A stretch of DNA of 64,000 nucleotides from Fonticula alba ATCC 38817. Lineage: Eukaryota; Protista; Nucleariida. Shown piece after piece: positions 10,545-20,993 of this stretch. The stretch is from assembly GCA_000388065.2 (NCBI GenBank), contig KB932201.1; one strand, 5' to 3'. Within the stretch, counting starts at the first letter, position 1. Each line of letters begins with the position of its first letter. Both the position numbers and the translations under genes were made by a program. The notes under the pieces were generated by a model. That model saw only the letters and a list, made by a program, of their open reading frames with translations, did no database searches and was not told where the DNA came from.

Positions 10545-12182
10545 ATTTGTTTGACGCGCCGTCTTTGCCATTCAGCCATCCATCCTCGTCTCTCTTCTTG
10601 CGATGATGCTGCTACAATGAGTGTGTATTGTAGCTTCCGGACCCGGCACTCTCTCCCCCTCCGTCTCCTTCCCCCTCCCCGGAGGACGTTTTGCCACCCG
10701 GTATTTTCGCGGCTGCGCATGGGCCACGCTCTCCCTCTCTCTCTCCCTCCTCCCCCTCACCCCGTTGTGTGCGGGCGGGTGCGTGCGTGTGGATCGTGGG
10801 CCTGCCGCGGGAGCACACATGACTCTTGTAACCTTTATAAACGCATGACTAGCTTCATACTCCCTTCTCCTGCATGTGTGTGTGTTCTCGTTCCGTCCTT
10901 TCCTCCTCCTCTCGCCTTCTCTCGCGCCATTGCGGGCGGCAGTGCGCGCCCCGACATGCGTCCCGGTGTGAAGAGGAGGGCTCCCCTTTTCTTTCCCAGC
11001 GGGCGAGGAGAGAGAGCGAGGCAAGACCCGGGAGCAGGAGGGGCGAGGATTCGCCTTTGGGCGTGCTGCTTGGTCATGCTGTTGCGCTGGGTGTGTGTGT
11101 GTGTGTGTGTGTGTGTGTCCGCGCGCGCGTGTAAGGTCCAGCCGTTTGAATGCGGCACGGTAGCCAGCTTGTTGGCCGTGTCGAATTGAGGGCTCCGAGG
11201 AGAAGACCCTCCTCCCGGCCAAAAGGCCGGCCCTCGCGTCTCCGCACCTTTCCCCGCCCACGACAAACGCAAAGGATGGAGCCCACATTGTGTGGAGGCC
11301 GAGGAGGAGAGGGCGTCCAACGCGGTTGTTCGGAGGCCCCCACCCTCAAGCCGCCTCGGTTCCGAGCGCGAGCGAGGGCTCTCCCTCGGTCCGGGCATGC
11401 CCAGTAGTCGGCCACCCTCCAGTGTCGCGAGCGGGTCTTCGTGTGCGGTCTTCTCGCCTGGTGGCTGGCCCGGACCATCGCGGACGCCCCAGCACCCTGC
11501 GCAAAGCCCTTGCGGGCATGCCGGCGGCTAGACCCGGAGAAAGCCGGGCCCGGCATTGCCGCTGCGTTGGCCGGGCCCTCCCCTGTGTGGTGGGATAATA
11601 TGGGTGAGGCACGGCGCCCCTCTGTATGAAGGGGACCCCGAGCAGGGCCATATGCCAACGCCACCATCGCAGCGGGGATAGTCACGCTCATGCACACATG
11701 CCCCAGGAACACCATTCCGATCTCGAACAGATCGACCGCCGCCCTCTCGGACCGCCACGTTCAGTTTGTCACGGCCTCCCCCCCCTCCCTTTCGCTTCGC
11801 TTCGCTGGAGACGCGACCTAGCACGCCTCCGGGCCCATGATGCCGAGACGGAGATGCCGTGCATCTCCGACGGGTTGGATCCGGTCAGTTGCCCCTTCCC
11901 CGACCGACACCCAGCCAGTGGGCTGACCACCGGCAGATTGTAGAATGGCCAGATCACCGGCTGGCGTGTGTGCCTGCCTCCAGAAGGGCGTTGGTTGGGC
12001 TGCGCCCCGTCCCTGGTGACTGTCCTCCGCGGGGATTGCCGCTCTTTTTTTGGATCGCCTTTCAGTTGCTTGGAGCATGGCCCCCGGGGCAGAGCCTCCT
12101 CCTCCTCCTACCCCCCCCTCCTCCTCCTTTTCTCCTCCCCTCTGCCCATCTTCGTGCGCTTCTCCTCCTTGCCGGCGCCGAC

Positions 12183-12781
12183 ATGTCCTTCCTCTTCGGC
12201 CGCTTCTCGGCCGTTGCCGCGTCTGCCTTCTCCCAGACCCAGACCCTCCTTTCTCGCCCGGCCGCGTCTCTCAACAATCGTACGTGCTGCGGTGCTGTGC
12301 TGAGCATGGCGGCCCTTGCGGGCCGTCTTGGCGCTTGGGAGGTTTTGCGCTTCTTCCCTTTTTGGATCCAGGCTCCCCCGCCCATCGCCCCCTGCTGTCT
12401 TGTTGACTCCCTGCTCCCCTTGCTTTTTTTTTCCTCCCCCGTTGGATTCCTCCCGGCACCCAGTGATCCCGACCGTTCAGCTCCGCAATTACTCCTTTAA
12501 GACCCACTCCGCCACGAAGAAGCGCTTCCGCCTCACGGGCAACGGTACCTTCCCCCTTCCGCCTCGCGTCTTTGAATGGGCCTCCCCCCCCTCTGTGTCC
12601 CCTTCCTCCCATCGACTGACATGCTTTCCTTCCAGGGGACAAGTTCAAGTATGAGGCTGGCGGCAAGCGCCATCTGGCCACCGGCAAGAGCCGCCAGGAG
12701 GTGGGCATTCTCAAGAAGAATGTCTACACCAACAAGACCCAGACCAGCCGCATTCGGAAGTTCCTCTTCAACTCGCGGTGA
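12183..12781 (+). CDS. MRPL35: Mitochondrial ribosomal protein bL35m (~107 aa)
   Basis: Exons 12183-12279, 12464-12544, 12636-12781. Presequence-like N-terminus, then FKTHSATKKRFRLTGNG..AGGKRHLATGKS..RIRKFL (bL35 signature). Confidence 0.9.
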
Positions 12782-12818
12782 GAGCACCCCGCCTGGCGCG
12801 CGATCGCCTCTCTCCCTT

Positions 12819-12849
<31 letters not shown>

Positions 12850-13102
12850 TCCCCCGCCTTGTGTTTCCTGTGTGCAGGGCCCGGTGCATGCGTGGCCCCA
12901 GGCCCCCCGAGCCGCTTACCTCAGAATAGAATATCCTTTTTTTCTCCAGCCCCAGCACGGGACATATGCTGGCATTTGTGCCTCTCCCACAGAGGGTGTG
13001 TCTATATGTCTAGTTCCAGCTCACTCGTTCGATCGTTCGCTCGGGGAAGCAGTGGAAGTGCGGGTGGATGACCGTGGGGGAGGGGGGGGGGGGGGGATCC
13101 CA

Positions 13103-14271
13103 TCACTCGGCCGACGGACCGCCAGTGCCAATGTCATTGGGGAAGAGACCATCCTTGCCGATGATCTCGTCAATGTTGAAGTCCTGCGGGGCTTCGCAGA
13201 AGCGCCGGAGAACCTGCTCGCCCTCCGGCGTACCGAAGGCCTTGAGGACCGAGGCGAAGAGGGACTGCGCCGCGCCGAGGGTGATGCGCTTCGGCTCGAA
13301 GTCCACCCGATAGAGGCCCAGACCGGAGGGCGTGGCATTGGCCTCGCCGCCGGTCCAGTTGATCAGATCACCAAACACCTCGGCCACCAGGGCCGGCTGG
13401 GCCTCGCTGCCGCGGGTACGGTACTCCAGCAGCGTGGTCAGGGCCATGCGGTTGTACTGGGCCTGGGCAAAGAAGAGCTCGATGCCCTCCTTGCGGAAGA
13501 GGGGAATGAGGAACTGGATGTGTGTACCCCGATGTGTCAGCGAAGGGCCGGGAGCGGAGATGGGGGAAGGGAGCGGGCGGCAGGGAGGATGGGGGTACGC
13601 ACGTGCGGGTAGCGCGAGGCATTCTTCATCAGACGCTCGTAGGTGGCCGGGTCAAGACCCCCGCCCATGCGTGCCTGCACCAGCTCCTTGGTCGGCGTGG
13701 CCGGCGGGGCGAAGAAGTCCCCGTCGTCCGGGGTGGCAGTCACTTCGACCGGCTTTGCCAGGTGCTCGGCCCAGAGTGCCGCGATCTCCGAGGCGCTCAG
13801 GCTCTTGAGGGCATCCAGGTCAAGGATGTCGGTGAGCTGGGTTGGGGAGAGGGAGGTCACAGGCGAAGTCAGCTGAGGCCCGAAGGGCGAGAGGGGGGCG
13901 GGCAGGTGCGGCGCTAAAGTGCTGGCAGATTGGGTCGGGGGGGGGGGGGCGGCGGGGGGGCAGCGCACCTTGCGATTGAAGATCTTCGGAGGAGGAGGGG
14001 TGGCCGAGGCAGCAGCAGCCTTGGCAGGGTCTTCCTTTTTGGGCGGCGCCTTGGCCAAAAGCTCGGCGTACTTGGACTTGTAGCGATCGGAGGACTCCTT
14101 GGCATAGTCATCCAGGGAGAAGAGCGCCCCCTTTTCCGGCTGGGTGGCTGAGGAGGAGGCCGAGGAGAGCCAGCGGCTGGCAATCGGCCGGAGGCGGCCA
14201 GCGGCCAAGGGGGCAGCTCGGGGGGCGATCGGAGCCCTGGAGAGGAGGGAGAGGGCCTGGCGAGGGAGCAT
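13103..14271 (-). CDS. ATP11: Mitochondrial F1-ATPase assembly chaperone Atp11/ATPAF1 (~315 aa)
   Basis: Exons 14271-13969, 13836-13603, 13513-13103. Arg-rich presequence; LTDILDLDALK..EIAALW, FLIPLFRKEGIELFF, TTLLEYRTRGSEAQP. Confidence 0.88.
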
Positions 14272-15995
14272 GGCGGCTGTGGGGGATTCGGGACAGGGAG
14301 GAGGAGGAGGAGGCGATCGGAGGGCCGGTGAGGAGGGCCGGAGGGGGGGGGGGGGCGAATCTGTCGATGAAGCGGGGGGCGGGGGAATGAAAGTCCGAGC
14401 AGGGCAGCCCAATAAATCCATCGAGGTGGGATCATGTTGTTCTCGCGAGACACATGATAACCCCCCCCAAGGGGGCATGACCTGGGCCCGCCCGGCTGGG
14501 CGCCCAGCCCCCACCAGGATGTCGGCTGCAGCAAGAAGATGCCCCCACAATCCGCCCGTGTGTCTTGAGCTGGCGGCAACGGGGCTGTAAGTCGACCATC
14601 GACCTCCCTGGTCCGGGCGCCGGACAAGGTGTCTGGTCTCTTGGGTTGGGTGGCTGATCGTCATCTGTCCGCCGTCGAGCATAGCACGCTTTTGTGTGCC
14701 CCCCTCGGGTGCCCCGTATCCGGCTCCGAGGCTTTAGGGACCGGGCCGAGCGGACCGAACGACAAAGGCCTTTGGGGGGGGGCGGGGGGGGGGGGCATGG
14801 CGCTGCTGAGGTCGTGCGGGCCATTTGTTATTTTTTCCTGGGCGTGGATGCGCGCCCCCCCCCCCACATGCCAACCATTCCCCCCGGTCGCCTCCTTGAT
14901 GGTCAGAGCAGGCTCCCCGGCTTGAGACGGAGTGGCGGCTGTTTGACGGAGTCTTCGGGAGGTGTTCTCCTCGTTCCTACAGCGGGGCATCCCCCGGTGT
15001 CGCACCCGCGGGTACAAGGCGGGGGGGGGGGGGGGGGGCAACGGGCGCCCCAGGTGCCAGCTCATCTTATGGGCCCCCCTCGCCCCGGGGCTGGGGAACT
15101 TGGTGTCGGGGAGCGCTGGGCGCGACTGACTCCCCTTGTCACCCTCGGCCTCAGGGGCACATACACAAACGGTCGTCCCTCCTCGGGGCCCCGGGACTTC
15201 GTTCCTTCCTTCAACCACCACCCCATCCCCGGGGAGATGGACCATGGGCCGACGAATTTTTAACGCTGGAATTCCGTGCCCGCGCACGCATGAGGCGTGT
15301 CCCGCGACCCGCCGCCCCTGGACCTGATCTGCTTGTGGCCGACGCAGGCCCCTGGCTGGAAGGCCTTTTTCTTTTCCCTCGGCTGTGTTCCCCTGCATGG
15401 TGCTTCCCCGGGCAATCACCCCTCCCCCCCCCCCGGGGTGTCCTCCGAGTGCGCTTGGGAAGGGGACCCGGTTCCCCCTCCCCCCCGTTCCCTTGCATGA
15501 ACATGCCACCCGGGCGCGGTCAAACCCATGAATGTGGAAAACCATATCCCTCGCCAGAAGTGCGCCATTTTTGCACGAATTCCTCCGGGGGCGATGGTGG
15601 TGACCTCCGTCCTTCCTGCTTTCTGGGGGCCACTGCGGGGGGGGGGGGAGAAGGAAACACCACCGTGGACAAACCAACAATTAAAGGGGACCAATATCCC
15701 ACCACCCCACCAACAAATTTGCGCAGGGCTGCCGTGCCTCCCGGCTGTGCGGCGTTGGCTGCGGAGCCGCTGATCCTTCAGGCACTGTCGCTCGAGCCCG
15801 AACACGCCCCCCTCCTCAAGGCCCCCCTCCCCCCCCCCTCCCCCTGCCCCTTATCCCCCACCCCCCTTTCAAACAACACCCCCTCCTTTTTGCGTCTCTC
15901 CCCACCTCCCTTTCTCGTTTGTCGGAGTAAGCGCCCGCGTCTCGCACCCGCGTCTCGCACCTGCGTCTCCCATTCGCGCATCACAGACGCATCTC

Positions 15996-18900
15996 ATGTC
16001 CCCCCCGTCCCTGGTCACTGCCGGTGCCGGCGACGGCTCCACCTCTGCCGGACGCGTGCGTTGTCTCCGGGCTGCCCCGATTGTCCACTAGCCTCTCGCA
16101 TGGCCGACTAACCTCGCCACCTGTTTCCCCCGACCAGGTCATTGTCCACCAGGGGTACCTCGAGAAGAAGAGCAACTCCTATCGGGTATGTCTACGTTTC
16201 ACTGCCTTTGCCCCCTTGACATCCCTTCCGGCCCCTGTCTCCCTGTCTTTGCCCTTTCCACCCGATGGTCTCCCCCCCCCCCCCCCCCCCCCCCGTCCCC
16301 ACGCACACACATATTTGCCAGCCTTCTAACCCCTCATGTGATGGAAGAAATTCCAACGCCGGTGGTTCGTCCTCCACACGGCTCCCGGCGGGGCCGATGC
16401 GCGGCTGTCCTACTTCGAGAGTGAGGCCAAGGCTGCCGCCCTGGTGTCGGCCATGGGGTCCGGCTCGCACACCGGCGCCGGTGAGCCCCTCTCCCCCCTG
16501 GGCAGCTCCTCCTCCGCGTACAACCTGTCCAACCTGGATGACAGTGATTCCGACAGTGAGGACACCGGCAAGGATGGCGAGGGTGCCAGCGGCGGCATCC
16601 AGCTCCTGCCTATGGCTATGATTTGGCGAACCGGCCCGTCGGCTGGGCCGGGAATTCCTTCCTTCAAGCTGTCGTCCAGCACCCGGGCATCGACCGCCGC
16701 ATCGACCGCTGCCACAACCTCCGGAATTGCCATCACCACCACACCGCCAGTCAACCAGAACCCCGAGCACACGGGTGTCATCCATGCCCATGGTGCCGGG
16801 TCCGGGGTGCCTTCCTTCGAGCTGGATGTCCTCGGCCGAACGTACTTCTTCCGGGCCTCGAGCGAAATGGTGCGCCTCCTTCCCCATGCCCTTTGCCTGC
16901 TCTTGTGCGCTCATCCTTACTCATCCCTCCCCCTTCTTCGCTCTTTGTCATTGTGGCTGTCCCCCCCCCCCTCTCCCCCTCTCCCTCCCCGGCCCATCAG
17001 GAAATGGATTCCTGGATTTCGGTCATTGCCCCGCTCATCCCCCAGCACCCAACCATTGCCTCGATTGCGCCGGTGCATCACCGGTCAGAGGATGTGTTCG
17101 GCACCGCCGACAAGCCGCTGGTCCTGTTCGCCGAGCTGGCTGGCAATCTGGACAAGCTGAGTGGCACTTTCAAGGTGTGTTTTGGCCTCTCTCCATTGGC
17201 GACTGATCCACTGTCCTTCCTTTGCCTTCTCTCTCTCTCTCTCTCTCTCTCCCCGCCTCTCTCTCTCTCTCTCTCTCTCCGTCTCTCTCTCTCCGTCTCT
17301 CTCTCTCTCTCCCCCCGCCTCTCTCTCTCTCTCTCTCCCCGCCTCTCTCTTTCCTTGCCCCGTCCCCCAATCTGACCCTGCTCTATCTTCCCATCCTTCC
17401 TCGATTGGGCATTGCTCTTTGTGCCCAGAACTGGAAAAGCCGCTACTTCGTGCTTCGCGGATACAAGCTCCTTTACTATGTGGACGAGTCTCTCCGAGAG
17501 CCGGTCGGGTCGATTGATTTGCACGATGCCACCCACGTGTCCATTGGCGCCCCGACCAGCAATGCCCCGAGCACCTCCGGCTCCAAGAACCTGATGCCGA
17601 GCATCCTGGGCTCCGTGCGCTTTGGTCGGTCGAAGTCCGGGTCCGGGTCCGGATCCAGCACCTCGCAGGCCCAGGTCCTGACCGTGTACACCCACAACCG
17701 CAGCTATCCCTTCCGGATTCCCTCGCCCAACTCCGGCATCGATGCCGATGTCTGGCTGTCGGCCCTGTCCGCGGCCGTGACCCGGGTTAGCCGATGCGCC
17801 GGCGAGCGTGCGCGTGTGTGGGGCATCACCTGGGACCCCAAGCGCCGGACAACCCTCTTCCTGCCAACCATCAGCACCCCGGCGCACTACCTCGCCGCCA
17901 AGGCCACCGCTTCTGATCTCAACAAGCGCAGCACCCTTACTGGCTTCAATTCCATCCGGGCTTCGACCATTGGGCTGGGTGTGTCAGCCAGTTCCCCGAT
18001 CAAGGAGGCATCTTCGCCAACCTCGCCAGCTAAGGAGCCTGCGGTGTCGGCTTCGCCGGTGGTCACTTCCCCCCCGGAGCCAGTCGCCTCGGAGCCAGCC
18101 GTCCCGGAGCCAGCCGTCCCGGAGCCAACCGTCCCGGAGCCAGAAGCCGATGTCGTCTTTGCCCCTGCCGTCCAGGCCCTGGAGCCCAGCACGGCCGAGG
18201 AGGCTCCCGCAACCTCGAGTGCCGCGCCAAGCTCCGACCTCACGACCGCCCCCCTGCCGATCAAGCAGCCCACTGCTCCGGATTTCGGGCGCCAGGCCTC
18301 CAGTGACCTGGACATGCTGATTGCCTCGCTGACTCCCACCGCCGGGGCTGGTACCCCCCCACCGCCGGCCATCACCCTCCCCGTGGAGTCCCTGCGGTCC
18401 GAGCACACCAGCCAGACCATTGCTTCGCCGATTCCGGATGCCGCGCTGCCCACCCCTCCACAGAGTGCATCCCTCCTGCCTCCCCCGCATCCCCTTGGCC
18501 CGGCGGGGTCGCGCGTGTCATTTGTCGGCGGAGCGGCCCTGCCCTCGCCGCTATCGGGACCGGCTCTCACCAACGACGGGGCCTCCACTGCTGCTGGTCT
18601 GCCTCAAAAGCCGTCCTCAGTGACGGCGACATCGCCAGACGGCTACATCTCCGTGGATCCGCTGCAGAGCCTGTCCGGCAACGGCTTCGATGAGTCGCTC
18701 ATTGCCCTGATCAACCCTGGTGCTGGGCCGGCTCTGCCGGCGCCGTTGCCGGCACCACTGCCTCCCGCCCTCGAGGAGGCCCAGTCGCCTGCCGAATCGA
18801 CCGATCCTGCGGCCGATCCTGCGGCCGATCCTGCGGTCGACCCTGCGGCCGATCCTGCGGCCGACCCTGATGCGATTCCTGACTCCGAGGATGCCAGCGA

Positions 18901-20943
18901 GCTGGTCGAAGAGCCGGCCGAGGAGGTCACCGTGGAGGCCATCCCCCTGTCGGATGTGCCGACAGACGCCCTGCTGTCGCTGGTCATCCTGCAGGTGTCC
19001 CTTCGCCTGCCGGGAACTCTCTTCGATGGTGATGTCTCCTCGGTGCCCGGTGGCTCCTGCCTGGAAGTGAGCTCGTCGCATATGGATTCCCCGGCGCAGG
19101 GGTTCTTCGACTCGTTGGCTATCCCCTCGCACCTGGGTGCTTTCCCGCGGGCGGCCCTTCGCCAGACCATCCCCGATGGGGCCCTTGTCGAGGCGGACCT
19201 AACTCTGGCCTTTATGGAGCTCTGGACCCGCATCGCGTGGGGTGCGTATGGGGTTCCCTCTGCGCGGCCCTTCCTCCCCCCCCCCCCGTCGGGGGCCTGT
19301 TTGTGCTGCTTTCCTTTCGCCCCTTTCCCCTCTCCCCTCCGAGGCTGACCCCCCTATCCCTGCCACAGATCCCCAGACCTTTGCCACGTTGCTGGTGGAT
19401 CATAGCACCAAGCTCGGTGAGGTGACTGGTGCCCCGGGCTGTGTGAGTTTCTTGACACAGGTGGCGCTGGCTGGGTACATCCTCCAGTGGCCGATCGCCG
19501 AGCCGGACTACCACACCCCGGCCCTGGTGGCGATCACCTTGTTGCTGATGCTCCTGGCTCGTGGGTCTCTCGGCGTCGCGGACTCGCGACTGGAGAGCCT
19601 GCTCCCGGCGTCGGCTTTCTTGGCCGTTCTGCGCCCGGTGATGTCCTTCTTCCCGGCGTGTTCCTTCCAGCCGGCCGCCCTACTTGCGACGCCCCTGACC
19701 CCGGCTACAGTGGTCATCTTCCTGGACTTGTTGCTGTCCATCGATCTGTCCGATTCCGGCGCGTCGTCGTTGGCTGAGCGTGCGTTCATCCGTCCTCTTT
19801 GCCTTTCTCATCGGGCTTTGTTTCTTCCTTTCCTTCCTTCCTCTTCTCCTCCTTCTTGTTCTTCTTCCTCTTCCCCTGTACCCACCCACTCATGTCCCTT
19901 GTTTCGGCCGCTTCCCTGTTCTTAGTCTATCCCTCGGTCACCGGGGCGGACTTCGCCCGGAGCACGGTTGCCTGCTTCCAGGCGACTTCGACCTCGGTCC
20001 GGCGCTTCACCGGGGTGGCGGCCGCCATCGAGGCTCTCGGGGCCATCTCGGCACTGCGCCTGTTGAGAGCCCTGCTTCCCCATAACTCCGACTCGGGGGA
20101 GATCCGTGCCCTGAGCACCGGGCTCGGTCAGCAGCTGTCTCCCTCGTCGCTGTCCTGGTGGTGGCTTGAGCCATCCGATCAGCTGGGCGCCCCGGCTGGC
20201 GCGGATGAGGAGGACGACGAGGAGGGGGCTCCCTGCCTGCAGGAGGCACTGGCCTCTTCGCTTGGCGCGGGCCTGCCCATTCTCTTTGGCTATTTTGCCT
20301 CGCCAACTGCTTGCATCCTGGCCACCAAGGATTTGTTCGACCCGCCATCGGCCTTCGGCAAGTTCGGCCTCGAGCTTGTTGCCTGCATCATTCGGCCGCT
20401 GTTTGATGGGGATTCCGTCCTCTCGGGCGATGTGGCCATGGATGACGTGTGTGCCGCGCTGGAGGCGGCTCTTCGCGCAAGCGTGGCCCTCTTGACGGCC
20501 TTCCCCCCGGGAGCGTCCCCAGGGGACAATTTTGCCAGCTGGCTTTTCGGAGCCATGTCCAAGCCGGCCACCGGGTCCGATCCCTCGAGCGATCCGATGT
20601 CGGCCCGGCGCAAGTGGGCTCTGGAGGCGGTATCCATCACTCGTGTGCTGGTGGCCCCGGTGCTGGTGGCCGGCGCCTTGCAGATTGGCGGCGCCACGGC
20701 TTCGGAGGACATGGACGTCTTGGCGGCCGCCCTCCAGGCCGACACGCCCCTGGTGCACCTGGTCCCAAGCGCGCTAAATGCCATCCGCCGGTCGCTTCAG
20801 CGGGCCGGGTGCCTTGAGCCGCTGGTGGACATTCTCGCCGCTCCGCCGGGCTATTGTCACATTCATGATACCACCGGTGAACTGTTGGCCCGCGCGACTG
20901 AAGCCTTGCTGTGGTTCTTGGAGGAGGGTGCGTTCTCTTTCCC

Positions 20944-20993
<50 letters not shown>

